The position numbers and the translations under genes were made by a program. A stretch of DNA of 62,992 bases, the filler included, from Chthonomonadaceae bacterium (GTDB lineage: Bacteria; Armatimonadota; Chthonomonadetes; Chthonomonadales; Chthonomonadaceae), in NCBI GenBank assembly GCA_035650735.1. It is 4 parts of 4 records of this genome, joined end to end, with 100 filler letters (N's around TTAATTAATTAA, not from the genome) between each part and the next. Parts side by side here need not be neighbours in the genome. Positions count along the whole stretch, not along the records: positions 18,521 to 47,083 come from DASRGZ010000112.1; 3 more parts are not named here. One strand, 5' to 3'. This document shows, one piece after another, positions 29,903-40,067 of the stretch. How positions within the stretch are numbered: the stretch's first letter is position 1; every line of letters starts with the position of its first letter. The notes beneath the pieces were generated by a model. The model did not search any database. It was given only the letters and a program-made list of their open reading frames with translations, and was not told the origin of the DNA.

Positions 29903-31051
29903 TTAGCCTGCGTCCACAGGGGCGGCGACGATGAGAATGTCAATCGCGCGCAGGTCGCGGGTCAGGCGATTGATGATCGAGCCTTTAATGAATTCCTGCC
30001 AACGGGTCCGATCTGAGTGGCCGATGATGATCTGGGTGATCTGGTTCTCGCGGGCGTAGCGGACGATCTCGCTCGCCACGTCGCCGTGCAGCGTCACGAC
30101 GGGCACGCCGAGCCTGTCCGCCAGGGCGAAATCGTTACGCAAGATCTCCTTCTGCGCCTCTGTGGGCGGCGCGTTCTCCACGTAGACGGCCGTGATCTCG
30201 GCGTGCAGCCGCTGGGCGATGCGCCAGCCGCGCCGGATGAGCCGTAAGGAGGATTTGTCCGGGCTGATGCAGACCATCACCCGGTCGTGGGTGGCCCAGG
30301 TCTCCTGGATGCGGCGCTCCCTGCGGTACGCCTCCACGTCCTCATCCACCTCCTGCGCGACTTCCCGCAGGGCGATCTCGCGCAGAGCGTTCAGGTTGCC
30401 CTCCCGAAACCAGTTGTGCAGTGCCTGGGGTATCTTGTCGGGCCGGTAGATTTCGCCGCGTTCCAGGCGATGGATTAGGGCGCGCGGGGTGATGTCCACC
30501 ATCACTATCTCGTCCGCCTCACGCACGATCCGGTCGGGAACGGTTTCGCGCATCCAGATGCCGGTGATGTCGTGAATCGTATCGTTCAGGCTTTCGAGGT
30601 GCTGTACGTTCAGAGTGGTAAGCACATTGATGCCCGCGTCCAGCAGTACCTCCACGTCTTGCCAGCGCTTTTCCCGCTCAGAGCCTGGCACGTTCGTATG
30701 CGCCAGCTCGTCCACGAGCACCCACTGCGGACGGCGTTGGAGGATGGCGTCGGTGTCCATCTCCTCGAAGGTCGCGCCCCGGTACGCAATCTTCTTGCGT
30801 GGGAGGATTTCCAGGTCTCCGATCTGCTCCTCGGTGCCCTTGCGCCCGTGCGTCTCGACATAACCGATGACCACATCCTGGCCCCGCTGCTTGCGGCGGC
30901 GTGCCTCGTTGAGCATCTCGTAGGTTTTGCCGACGCCTGCCGCGAAGCCGAGGAAAATCTTCAAGCGCCCGCACTTCTGCTGCTTCTCCTCGCGCATCAC
31001 CCGCGCCAGCAGCTCCTCCGGCGTCGGCCTGCGCTCGCTGTCCGTGTCCAC
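29903..31051 (-). CDS. kdpD: KdpD N-terminal sensor + USP domain protein (no TM or kinase part)
   Basis: LKIFLGFAAGVGKTYEML, ETHGR, LVDELAHTN, NVQHLESLND, then USP domain; ends at 382 aa. Confidence 0.92.
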   Translation of the reverse strand: MDTDSERRPTPEELLARVMREEKQQKCGRLKIFLGFAAGVGKTYEMLNEARRRKQRGQDVVIGYVETHGRKGTEEQIGDLEILPRKKIAYRGATFEEMDTDAILQRRPQWVLVDELAHTNVPGSEREKRWQDVEVLLDAGINVLTTLNVQHLESLNDTIHDITGIWMRETVPDRIVREADEIVMVDITPRALIHRLERGEIYRPDKIPQALHNWFREGNLNALREIALREVAQEVDEDVEAYRRERRIQETWATHDRVMVCISPDKSSLRLIRRGWRIAQRLHAEITAVYVENAPPTEAQKEILRNDFALADRLGVPVVTLHGDVASEIVRYARENQITQIIIGHSDRTRWQEFIKGSIINRLTRDLRAIDILIVAAPVDAG

Positions 31052-31067
31052 GTTCTTCTCTCCATCG

Positions 31068-31799
31068 CTACGCCGCCAGGACGGTATCCATGAACCGGCG
31101 CAGTCCGGTCGTCAACTCTTCGACGCGCAGTTGCCCCCCGGCAGGAAACTCGGCGTTCTGCCACAGGTAGTTCGCCAGCGCCTCCTCGCAGAGCGCCTGC
31201 CAGAAACGGTCGCCGCCCGGCATCTGCTCCCGGTCGGTATGTGCTTTCACTAGCTCGATGATGTAGGCGGGGAGGACGACGACACAGGTTTGGCATTGTC
31301 CCCCTGGATCGCAGACCGTGAATTCCTGGCGAAACCCGCCGTCAGCGTGCTCCCCAGAGTCCACCTGATACTCTATCCGGTAGCCATTGATGGTGGTGAA
31401 GCCAAACGTGACGCCGGTAGGGGAAACGGACGGTTGGGCCTCCTGTAAGGCCGATTGCACGGCTCCGCGCAGCACCTCGGCGGTGAAGGGCTTGCGCAGG
31501 AAGTCGGTTGCTCCGGCTTTTATGGCGTCTACGGCGAGGTCAATCGTTCCAAACGCCGTCACCATGATAATCCTGGCTTTCGGGTCGCGCTGGCGCATCT
31601 CGCGCAGTACCTCCAGCCCCTCCATGCCCGGCATCCGCTGATCCAGCAGCACCAGGTCGCAGCCGCTGCCATCGCCGAACTTATCCAGCCCCTCCGGGCC
31701 GTCCGAAGCGGTCTCTACGGTATGTCCGACGTATTGCAGCGCCAGGCGCATCATCGTGCGGATGTTGTTCTCGTCATCCACCACAAGGATCCGTGCCAT
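31068..31799 (-). CDS. Response regulator with uncharacterised C-terminal domain
   Basis: ILVVDDE, LLDQRMPGMEG, TAFG, KPF receiver motifs; about 115-aa C-terminus lacks OmpR/LuxR/AAA signatures. Confidence 0.9.
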   Translation of the reverse strand: MARILVVDDENNIRTMMRLALQYVGHTVETASDGPEGLDKFGDGSGCDLVLLDQRMPGMEGLEVLREMRQRDPKARIIMVTAFGTIDLAVDAIKAGATDFLRKPFTAEVLRGAVQSALQEAQPSVSPTGVTFGFTTINGYRIEYQVDSGEHADGGFRQEFTVCDPGGQCQTCVVVLPAYIIELVKAHTDREQMPGGDRFWQALCEEALANYLWQNAEFPAGGQLRVEELTTGLRRFMDTVLAA

Positions 31800-31818
31800 A
31801 ATCTCGTCTTCCTCCTGC

Positions 31819-31938
31819 AGCCCTCACCCTCTGTTCCCCAATAGATCTCACCCCCAGCCCCTCTCCTTTAGAAGGAGAGGGGAGAGGAGAAGCTGGGTCT
31901 CCCCTCCCCTGTTCTTGGGGGAGGGGATAGGGGTGGAG
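31819..31938. repeat. REP-like CCCCTCTCC/GGAGAGGGG palindromes
   Basis: Two GC-rich hairpins between the kinase and regulator genes; same type recurs at 48894-48946, 55740-55875 and 58045-58182. Confidence 0.75.
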
Positions 31939-31955
31939 GCCAAAACCCAATGCCC

Positions 31956-33788
31956 CTACCCTGCCACCGGCAGCGTAAATGTGAACGTGGCTCCTTTGCC
32001 GGGTTCGCTCTCCACCTTGATGTCGCCGCCGTGCGCCTTGACGATCGTCTGGGCGATAGACAGACCCAGTCCTGCCCCGCCGCGCGTCGCGCCGGGAACT
32101 TGTACGAAGCGCTCGAAGATGCGCGGCAGATATTCGGCGGGGATACCGATGCCAGTATCCTGCACTTGAAACCTGATTCTATCGCCATCAGCGGTAGCGC
32201 GCACGGTCACCCGCCCACCCTCCGGCGTGTGGCGCACGGCGTTATTGAGCAGATTGACCAGCACGCGCTGAATCAGGTTCCGGTCGGCGCGCACGGACGG
32301 CAGCGCCGCGCCGTCTTCGCGGCTCAGCGCGACGCCTTTGGCCTGGGCCTGCGCTTCCACGGACTGAACTGCCGTCTCCACCAGTTCTCGCGGATCCACG
32401 ATCTCAAAGCGCGGCGGCGTCACTCCCGCTTCCAGCCGGGTGATGTCGAGCAGATCGCGCATCATGCGTTGGAGACGTTCCAGGTCATCGCGCTGGGCCG
32501 CGATCACCTCTTGCTGCTCCGGCCTCAGCTTGCCGACCGCGCCCTCCTGCAACAGTTGCACGGATAGCAAGAGGCTCGTGACCGGCGTGCGCAGCTCGTG
32601 GGAGGCCACGCTGATAAACTCGGTCTTCAGACGGTCGAGCTCGCGCAGATGGGTAATGTCTTCCAAGACCGTCACGGCTCCGAGCAGATGACCCTCCGTG
32701 TCGCGCATCGGGCTGGCGCGCAGCCGATACGTACGCTGCGCCTCTTCCGCCTGCCGGGTCACGAATCCGGCCTCATCTTCCGCCGCCGATACCCGCTCCT
32801 GGTGAATGGCGCGCTCCACCGCCTCCACAATGCGCCGATCCCCGACAACCTGCGCGATAGGCCGCCCCTTAGCACGCTCGACCGGCCCGAATAGTCCTTC
32901 CGCAGCCGGGTTGAGATGGACGATTCGGCCTGCGGCGTCGGTCACGAGGACGGGATCATACAGGCTTTCCAGCGCGGCATCGGACATCCGTTCGGCCCGG
33001 TGCAGCCGCTCTTCCTCCAGGCGTCGCGCTACCCGCAGCTTCTCCGCCATCTGGTTGAACGCCGTTGCCAGTGCGCCGATCTCATCGGTGCGGTGAAGCT
33101 CAATGCGCTGGTTGAGGTGGCCGACGCCGATCTCCTCGGCCTGCCGCGCCAGAGAACGTAGCGGGGTCAGCGAGGCCCGGATTGTCCACGGCACGAGCAT
33201 CAGCGCCAGGACGAGCGCGCCGAGGGTAACGCCTACGCTCGTATAAGACGCGCGTCGAGCTTCGGCTTTGGCGCGCTCGTCGGCCCGCACGATAGCCGCC
33301 TGGTTCAGGTTAAGCACATCCTGCGCCCGATCTTTGAGATGGACAAACGCGGGTTCTAGCGTACCGAAATAGTTGGCCCGCGCCTGCTCCGCTGGCATGG
33401 GTGGGTCGGCGTAGAGCAACCGTTCCATGTTCCGGCGATACGCGCTGAATTGCCGCCCGATATCGTCGGCGATCTGCTGCTCACCTAACTCGGTGATGTT
33501 ATGCGCCTCGATCTGATAGGCGTCTCGGAACAGGGGCCAGTTGGCCTGGTACTGGGCACGGGCTTTCTCTACCTGCCCGGCGAGAAAGAAGGTGGCGGCG
33601 CTATCCTGCCGTTCTAGCGTGTCCTTCATGTCCTGCGCGGCGATGACGCTCTTGTAGTTGTCCTTGAGGATGCGGTCAATAGAGCGGCCCAAGCGGAAGA
33701 AGCTGATAACCGCCCCGATCATGACCATAACCATGAGCGCCACCAGAACCAGGTGACTCAGGAACAGTTGTGTGCGCAGGTTTCCCAT
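31956..33788 (-). CDS. Sensor histidine kinase (TM-sensor-TM-HAMP-PAS-HisKA-HATPase)
   Basis: DEIGALATAFNQM (HAMP), ASHELRTP, NLLNNAVRH, DTGIGI, GLGLSI. Confidence 0.95.
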   Translation of the reverse strand: MGNLRTQLFLSHLVLVALMVMVMIGAVISFFRLGRSIDRILKDNYKSVIAAQDMKDTLERQDSAATFFLAGQVEKARAQYQANWPLFRDAYQIEAHNITELGEQQIADDIGRQFSAYRRNMERLLYADPPMPAEQARANYFGTLEPAFVHLKDRAQDVLNLNQAAIVRADERAKAEARRASYTSVGVTLGALVLALMLVPWTIRASLTPLRSLARQAEEIGVGHLNQRIELHRTDEIGALATAFNQMAEKLRVARRLEEERLHRAERMSDAALESLYDPVLVTDAAGRIVHLNPAAEGLFGPVERAKGRPIAQVVGDRRIVEAVERAIHQERVSAAEDEAGFVTRQAEEAQRTYRLRASPMRDTEGHLLGAVTVLEDITHLRELDRLKTEFISVASHELRTPVTSLLLSVQLLQEGAVGKLRPEQQEVIAAQRDDLERLQRMMRDLLDITRLEAGVTPPRFEIVDPRELVETAVQSVEAQAQAKGVALSREDGAALPSVRADRNLIQRVLVNLLNNAVRHTPEGGRVTVRATADGDRIRFQVQDTGIGIPAEYLPRIFERFVQVPGATRGGAGLGLSIAQTIVKAHGGDIKVESEPGKGATFTFTLPVAG

Positions 33789-33817
33789 ACCGCCTCCACG
33801 CCCGGCCCGGTGCCGTC

Positions 33818-34450
33818 TTAATGCCAGGGCGAAGCCTTGTCAAGTGCCAGGTTTAACCGAAGCACGTTCACGCGCGGCTCGCCCAGAAACCCAAACTGCC
33901 GCCCTTCGGTGTTCTCCATCACCAGACGCCGTACCTGCTCCTCGCTCAGCCTACGCGCCTGCGCCACTCGCGCCGCCTGCAATTGGGCGTTGGCGGGGCT
34001 GATGTGCGGGTCGAGGCCGCTGGCGGAGCGCGTCACGGCGTCGGCAGGAATGGGCGCGTTGTCCGGCAGACCATTCTCCTTGCGGTAGGCGGCGGCCAGA
34101 TCCTTGATGCCGTCGAAGTTGCCGGGATCGTCCTGGCCGTTGGGCAGCTTCTTATGAATGCCGTTGATAAGCTTATCGCTGGTCGGCCCCAGGTTGGTAG
34201 CGCCCGAATTGGCGGCATCGTAACCGCTGCCTGCTGCCGACGGGCGCGGGTGGAAATAGCCCGGCGCGGTAAAATTCTGCCCGATCAATTCCGAGCCGAT
34301 GACCTTGCCGTTCTGCTCCATCAGGCTGCCCCGCGCCTGCTTGGGAAAGACCAGTTGGGCGATGCCCGTGATCGCAAACGGGAAGAGCAGTCCCGTCAGT
34401 ATCGTGAAGACCAGCACGCTCACGAGGGCCGGTCGCAGTTGTTGTAACAT
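33818..34450 (-). CDS. kdpC: K+-transporting ATPase subunit C
   Basis: GSELIGQNF, YFHPRPSA, SASGLDPHIS, GEPRVNVLRLNLALD; start ATG 34450 after AAGGAG. Confidence 0.96.
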   Translation of the reverse strand: MLQQLRPALVSVLVFTILTGLLFPFAITGIAQLVFPKQARGSLMEQNGKVIGSELIGQNFTAPGYFHPRPSAAGSGYDAANSGATNLGPTSDKLINGIHKKLPNGQDDPGNFDGIKDLAAAYRKENGLPDNAPIPADAVTRSASGLDPHISPANAQLQAARVAQARRLSEEQVRRLVMENTEGRQFGFLGEPRVNVLRLNLALDKASPWH

Positions 34451-34575
34451 GGTTTTCTCCTTTAAACCACCCGCTGCGCTAGAGCCACGGAGACACAGAG
34501 GAGTCACAGAGAAAAACCAAGAGAAAAAATCAGAGTTTTAATGTGAAGCCTCCTTTTTCCAGAGCGGGGGAGAAG

Positions 34576-36696
34576 TTAGGCAAGGTGCAAGAGCACCAGC
34601 AGGCGGTCAATGATCCAGATGCCGGGAAATGGCGCGATGAGGCCGCCGACGCCATAGATCAGCAGGTTGCGGCGCAGAATAGCGCCCGCGCCCATCGGTT
34701 TGTAGGCGACGCCGCGCAACGCCAGCGGGATTAGCGCGATGATGATCAGCGCGTTGAAGATGACCGCAGCCAGTACCGCCGAGTTCGGATTGGTCAGCTT
34801 CATGATGTTGAGCGCCGCCAGCGCCGGATAGGTGGGCATGAACATCGCCGGGATGATGGCGAAATACTTGGCGACGTCGTTGGCGATGCTAAATGTGGTC
34901 AGCGCGCCACGAGTCATCAGCAGTTGCTTGCCGATCTCGACGACCTCGATCAGCTTAGTCGGGTTGCTGTCCAGGTCCACCATGTTGCCCGCTTCCTTTG
35001 CAGCCTGGGTTCCCGTGTTCATCGCTACGCCGACATCGGCCTGCGCCAGCGCGGGCGCGTCGTTCGTGCCGTCTCCGGTCATGGCAACGAGCCTGCCGCC
35101 CTGCTGCTCCTTCTTGATGAGCACCATCTTGTCTTCGGGTGTCGCCTGCGCCAGAAAATCGTCTACGCCGGCCTCATCCGCGATGGATTTGGCCGTGAGC
35201 GGGTTGTCGCCGGTAATCATGACCGTCTTGATGCCCATCGCCCGCAGTTGGTCGAAGCGTTCCCGCATTCCCCCTTTGACGATGTCTTTGAGATAGATGA
35301 CGCCGAGCGGCTTGTCATTGAGAGCGACCACGAGTGGCGTGCCGCCTGCCGAGGCAATGCGCGTGACGATTTCGTCCAGTTCGCCGGGCGTGCTCCCGCC
35401 TTGCCCGGCAATGTAACGCTTGATAGAGTCGCCCGCGCCCTTACGAATCTGCATCCCATCCAGGTTCACGCCGCTCATGCGGGTCTGCGCCGTGAACGGG
35501 ATAAATTCCGCCTCATGGATTTGCAGTTCGCGCCCGCGCAGGCCATACTTCTCCTTTGCCAGCACGACGATGCTGCGGCCCTCCGGCGTCTCATCGGCGA
35601 GCGAAGAGAGCTGCGCCGCGTTCGCCAGTTCGCTGACATCCACGCCCGGCAACGGGATGAACTCGGTCGCCTGCCGGTTGCCCAGGGTAATCGTCCCCGT
35701 CTTATCCAGCAGGAGCGTGTCCACGTCACCCGCCGCCTCGACCGCCTTGCCGGACATGGCGAGAACGTTGTGCTGCATAACTCTATCCATGCCTGCGATG
35801 CCGATAGCCGAAAGCAGCCCGCCAATCGTCGTTGGAATCAAGCAGACCAGCAGCGAGATAAGCACCGTGATCGTCGGTGGGCTTCCCGCGCCTGCCGAGC
35901 GCACGCTGTAGATGGCATAAGGCTGCAACGTCACCGTCGCGAAGAGGAAGACAATGGTCAGGCCGGAGAGCAGAATCGACAGCGCGATCTCGTTGGGCGT
36001 CTTCTGCCGCTTCGCGCCCTCCACCAGCGCGATCATGCGATCCAGGAAGGTTTCACCAGGATTGGAGGTAATCCGAATCACAATGCGGTCCGAGAGAACT
36101 CTCGTGCCGCCGGTCACCGCGCTTCTGTCGCCGCCGCTCTCACGGATGACCGGCGCGCTCTCGCCGGTGATCGCCGACTCGTCCACGCTGGCGATGCCAT
36201 CAATCACCTCGCCGTCGCCGGGAATCACATCTCCAGCCTCACAGACGACCAGGTCGCCTTTGCGCAACTGGGTACCGGGTACGCGCTCTTCCCGCCTGCC
36301 GTCCACCAGCCTGCGCGCCACCGTCTCGGTTTTGGCTTTGCGCAGCGAATCCGCCTGCGCCTTGCCGCGTCCCTCAGCCATCGCTTCCGCGAAGTTAGCG
36401 AACAGGACGGTGAACCACAGCCATAGCGTCACCTGCCCGACGAAGAGCGCCGTTCCGTCGTGGATTACCAGCCCTTTGATCCAGTAATAGGTCGTGATGA
36501 CGCTTCCCACTTCCACCACGAACAGGACCGGGTTCTTCGCCACAAGGCGCGGATCGAGTTTCTTGAAAGCGTCCGCCATCGCGCGCTTGATAATCACCGG
36601 GTCAAACAGCGAGCGTGGGGCATTCTTTGGTTTATGATAGTAGCCCGGGGGCGCTCCAGCAGGCATGGAGGGCGGGGCTTGCATCTCAATTGCCAT
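34576..36696 (-). CDS. kdpB: K+-transporting ATPase subunit B
   Basis: [29 protein letters not shown]. Confidence 0.98.
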   Translation of the reverse strand: MAIEMQAPPSMPAGAPPGYYHKPKNAPRSLFDPVIIKRAMADAFKKLDPRLVAKNPVLFVVEVGSVITTYYWIKGLVIHDGTALFVGQVTLWLWFTVLFANFAEAMAEGRGKAQADSLRKAKTETVARRLVDGRREERVPGTQLRKGDLVVCEAGDVIPGDGEVIDGIASVDESAITGESAPVIRESGGDRSAVTGGTRVLSDRIVIRITSNPGETFLDRMIALVEGAKRQKTPNEIALSILLSGLTIVFLFATVTLQPYAIYSVRSAGAGSPPTITVLISLLVCLIPTTIGGLLSAIGIAGMDRVMQHNVLAMSGKAVEAAGDVDTLLLDKTGTITLGNRQATEFIPLPGVDVSELANAAQLSSLADETPEGRSIVVLAKEKYGLRGRELQIHEAEFIPFTAQTRMSGVNLDGMQIRKGAGDSIKRYIAGQGGSTPGELDEIVTRIASAGGTPLVVALNDKPLGVIYLKDIVKGGMRERFDQLRAMGIKTVMITGDNPLTAKSIADEAGVDDFLAQATPEDKMVLIKKEQQGGRLVAMTGDGTNDAPALAQADVGVAMNTGTQAAKEAGNMVDLDSNPTKLIEVVEIGKQLLMTRGALTTFSIANDVAKYFAIIPAMFMPTYPALAALNIMKLTNPNSAVLAAVIFNALIIIALIPLALRGVAYKPMGAGAILRRNLLIYGVGGLIAPFPGIWIIDRLLVLLHLA

Positions 36697-36725
36697 CTCC
36701 TATCTCCAAAGACACAAATCGCGGC

Positions 36726-38597
36726 CTAAAACGTCTTTCCGGCGAGCATCTGGAAGTGCTCTACAATCGGCCCTAGCGAGAGGGCCGGGAAGAACGTCAA
36801 CGCGCCGACGATGACAACCGTGCCCACCAGCAGCACGACAAACGTTCCCGAATCGGTTCGGAACGTGCCTGCCGTTTCCGGCACGAGTTTCTTCTTCGCC
36901 AGACTGCCCGCAATCGCTAGCAGCGGAATAATCATCAGGAACCGCCCGATGAGCATCGCTATGCCGCCGGTCAGGTTATAGTAGGGCGTGTTGCTCGTCA
37001 ACCCCGCGAAGGCTGAGCCGTTGTTACCGGTCTGGGAAGTATATTGGTACAGTATCTCCGAGAAGCCGTGCGCGGCGGAGTTGTTGACGTTGTTGTAGGT
37101 TGCGCCGTAGATAATGTCACTTCCCCCGTAGGCAATTCCCGGCCACCTGTTCCAGGCAGCGGCGGGCGAGGCTTTGAGCAGCGTCTCCTCCCTCGCTTTC
37201 TGGTCGGCTGTGAACGATTGCGAGGTAGTTCCCGGTGGAAAGTTTAGATTAGCTCCCAGCGCAGTAAAGCAGAGGATATCGGCGGCCAGCACCAGCACGG
37301 CCAGCATCGCCATCTTGACCTCATACTGCTCGATCTTCTTGCCCAGGTACTCCGGCGTGCGCCCCACCATCAGGCCCGCGATGAAGACGGCAAGGACCGC
37401 GTACATCAGCATTCCGCAAAGGCCCGCGCCAACGCCCCCAAAGATGACTTCGCCGGTCAGGATGTTCGCCAGCGGGACCATGCCGCCGAGCGGCGTGTAG
37501 CTGTCATGCATGGAGTTAACCGCGCCACAGGAGGCGTCCGTTGTGACCGTCGCAAAGAGCGCAGAGTTGGCGATGCCGAAGCGAGCTTCCTTACCCTCCA
37601 TGTTGCCGCCGGTTTGAGCCCCGGTGTCGGCAGCCATCACGCCCAGCCTGGCGACGTTCGGATTGCCCTTCTGCTCCTGCCAGTAGCAGACGCCGACGCC
37701 GATGAGGAACATCACGCTCATGGCGGTGAATAGCGCCCAGCCTTGTTTCGTGTTGCCCACCATCTTGCCGAAGGTATAGGTCAGGGCCGCGCCGATGCTG
37801 AGCAGCGAAAGCATTTGCAGTAGGTTTGTCAAGGGCGTCGGATTCTCGTAAGGATGCGCGGAGTTGGCGTTGAAGATGCCGCCGCCGTTGGTTCCGAGCA
37901 TCTTAATGGCTTCCTGCGAGGCGACCGGACCCTGCGCAATGTTCTGGGTAGCGCCTTCCAGCGTGGTCGCTTTTGTGTAGGGCGCGAAGTTCTGCGGCAC
38001 GCCCTGCTGCACCAGAACCAGCGCAAATACCAGGCAGAGGGGCAGCAGAATGTAGAGCGTGCCGCGGGTCACGTCCACCCAGAAGTTGCCGATGCCGTTG
38101 GCCGTGCGGCGGGCGAAGCCGCGCACGAGCGCAATGGCGATGGCCATGCCGCAGGCCGCCGACATCCAGTTATGGATCGCCAGGGCGACCATGTTGGAAA
38201 AGTAGCTGATGGTCACTTCTGGCGAGTAGTTCTGCCAGTTGGTGTTGGTTGTAAACGACGCTGAGGTGTTGAACGCCAGGTCGGGCGTCATCTGCTTGGT
38301 GTCGTAGTGCTGGGGATTGAGCGGCAGGAACTGCTGCAGCCGCAGGAGGATGTAAGTGAGGATCAGCCCCACCACGCTGAACATGAGCATGGCGAAGGCG
38401 TAAGTCGTCCACTTCATGTCCTCGTCTTCTTTGACGCCGAACAGCCTGTAGAACAGCCGCTCGACGGGTTGTAGGACCGGCGTCAAGAAGGTGCGCTCTC
38501 CCCCGAAAACGCGGGCCATATACGTCCCCAGTGGCCTGGTGAGCAGCAAGATCACCAGGAAGTACAGTAGGATCTGGAATATCCCGTTGGGTGTCAT
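36726..38597 (-). CDS. kdpA: K+-transporting ATPase subunit A
   Basis: [44 protein letters not shown]. Confidence 0.97.
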   Translation of the reverse strand: MTPNGIFQILLYFLVILLLTRPLGTYMARVFGGERTFLTPVLQPVERLFYRLFGVKEDEDMKWTTYAFAMLMFSVVGLILTYILLRLQQFLPLNPQHYDTKQMTPDLAFNTSASFTTNTNWQNYSPEVTISYFSNMVALAIHNWMSAACGMAIAIALVRGFARRTANGIGNFWVDVTRGTLYILLPLCLVFALVLVQQGVPQNFAPYTKATTLEGATQNIAQGPVASQEAIKMLGTNGGGIFNANSAHPYENPTPLTNLLQMLSLLSIGAALTYTFGKMVGNTKQGWALFTAMSVMFLIGVGVCYWQEQKGNPNVARLGVMAADTGAQTGGNMEGKEARFGIANSALFATVTTDASCGAVNSMHDSYTPLGGMVPLANILTGEVIFGGVGAGLCGMLMYAVLAVFIAGLMVGRTPEYLGKKIEQYEVKMAMLAVLVLAADILCFTALGANLNFPPGTTSQSFTADQKAREETLLKASPAAAWNRWPGIAYGGSDIIYGATYNNVNNSAAHGFSEILYQYTSQTGNNGSAFAGLTSNTPYYNLTGGIAMLIGRFLMIIPLLAIAGSLAKKKLVPETAGTFRTDSGTFVVLLVGTVVIVGALTFFPALSLGPIVEHFQMLAGKTF

Positions 38598-38610
38598 GGG
38601 CCGCTTCCTC

Positions 38611-38700
38611 CTAGAACTTTTCCGGCCTCAAGAGCGCGTAGAGCAGGTAGACGAGGAGGAGAAAGGCGACAAGGCCCGTCGCGATGTAGTCAATTATCAC
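38611..38700 (-). CDS. kdpF: K+-transporting ATPase subunit F
   Basis: Manual: GTG start, [29 protein letters not shown] with the YL.YALL.PE.F signature; GGAGGAG RBS. Confidence 0.92.
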   Translation of the reverse strand: MIIDYIATGLVAFLLLVYLLYALLRPEKF

Positions 38701-38795
38701 AGGTCTCCTCCCAGCTTGTCGCAGCCGCGTACGTAAGCCGCGCTGACCGCGAAGAATATAAGCACGACGACGAGGTAAATAAGGTCGATCACCAT
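38697..38795 (-). CDS. Small hydrophobic peptide upstream of kdpF (32 aa)
   Basis: Manual: [41 protein letters not shown]; stop overlaps kdpF start (GTGA). Confidence 0.8.
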   Translation of the reverse strand: MVIDLIYLVVVLIFFAVSAAYVRGCDKLGGDL

Positions 38796-38799
38796 CGAA

Positions 38800-39033
38800 C
38801 TACCTCCAATCCGTCCCTCTTCTGCTCCCAACACATATCTGCGTCTCCTCCGTGTGGAGAGGCTTGGCGTCCGAGGGCATCAGCAAGGACGGCCTCTCCC
38901 ATCTTCTGCTGCGATCATATTTCTGTCTCTCTATCCATGACAGCCAGCGCGCATAAGCGCAGAGCACCATCAGGAAGACGATGCCGAACATCCAGTCGGA
39001 TGGAATGCGGAACTCGAATGGGATGTGAAACAT
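38800..39033 (-). CDS. Small single-TM hypothetical protein (77 aa), first gene of kdp operon
   Basis: GGAGGG RBS; WMFGIVFLMVLCAYARWL TM; stop abuts the RBS of the next peptide. Confidence 0.6.
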   Translation of the reverse strand: MFHIPFEFRIPSDWMFGIVFLMVLCAYARWLSWIERQKYDRSRRWERPSLLMPSDAKPLHTEETQICVGSRRGTDWR

Positions 39034-39061
39034 GGTCTGTTTCCCTCCGCGCGTCCGGCCC

Positions 39062-39195
39062 AAAGCAAAAAGGGAGGCCGGAAGTCGCGCAAGACACGCC
39101 AGGACGGTCTCCCGTCCGGGTGATATTGCGAACCTCGGCCTCCCTTTCGACTGGTAAGCGCACCGCCGACCCTTCGATATGGCAACCGGATGAGT
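39062..39195 (-). promoter_or_regulatory. Candidate attenuator/structured leader of kdp operon
   Basis: About 80-nt hairpin with 12-bp base AAAGGGAGGCCG/CGGCCTCCCTTT, GGACGG-GAGA-CCGTCC apex and U-rich tail on minus strand. Confidence 0.65.
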
Positions 39196-39318
39196 TCAGT
39201 ACCTTATGGATTTCTCTGTCTGATGCACTCTAACGGAGCCGACAGCGCTCCCTGAAAGCGTGGCTGCCGCTCGAAGGCTCCATGTCACACCACTTTTAAG
39301 TACGATGCTCGCCGGGCT

Positions 39319-39735
39319 TTAGGCTCCTCGTTTTGGGGCCAGACCGCTGAGGCGATCCAGGTCTTGCCGCAGGAGCCGCTTTTCCAGATTGGCTTCCAGT
39401 ACGAAGACCTCCATCTGCTCCTCCGCCTCCACGTTCACGTCATAGTAACTCCGAAGAACGGAGCATCCGGCGATATCAGCGATGATGCCCTCCTGTTCCC
39501 GATGGTTGATGCTGCGGAGTTCCTGCCGGGCGCTCTTAATGAGCCGCCGCCCCTCTTCTGTCACCGCAAGCCGGGCCTCCGTAGGTGTAAAGATGCCAGT
39601 ACACCGCACCAGGATCAGATCACCGAGCAGGTGAGCGCGCACATCGGTAGGGCCGCGCCCCTGCTGCTCACGCTGGAAGCGCACCACTGCGTTGGCGATC
39701 TCAGCTTCAATTGTTCCTTTTGTCGGTCGGCTCAC
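39319..39735 (-). CDS. DUF2294 / MpsC family protein
   Basis: TKGTIEAEIANAVVRFQREQQGRGP..VRA..GDLILVR..G..TP.E..L...EGRRLIK.AR; start uncertain (GTG 39735). Confidence 0.85.
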   Translation of the reverse strand: MSRPTKGTIEAEIANAVVRFQREQQGRGPTDVRAHLLGDLILVRCTGIFTPTEARLAVTEEGRRLIKSARQELRSINHREQEGIIADIAGCSVLRSYYDVNVEAEEQMEVFVLEANLEKRLLRQDLDRLSGLAPKRGA

Positions 39736-40067
39736 GGTGCGCTGCCCAAAACAAAAGACCAGCATCAACGGGGAATATTGCCGAGCCTGGCAGTCCCGCG
39801 AGGATGCTGGCCTACAAAGGCACTGGGCCACCAGCGCGGCCCCTTGCTTTCGTCAACCAGAGAAATTGTTGTTATTCAAGTCTACCACACGCGTTCCCAA
39901 AATGCAAGGTGCCCTTGCATTCTTGCTCCTTTTGGATTCCATTTTGCAGTCTTTACCATTTCGTACCGAACTGTCGGAATCCCTCCAGCAACGGATCGAC
40001 CGAGAAAAAGAGGATTTGAGACAGGAGAGAACCGAGTGCCCTTAGAATACTTCTCCACGGAGGTAAC

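Noticed and set aside
39034..39318. c-di-AMP (ydaO) riboswitch upstream of kdp
   Set aside because: Expected from context, but the GCUGAAUCC / GGAAC / GGGUGAA core motifs were not found.
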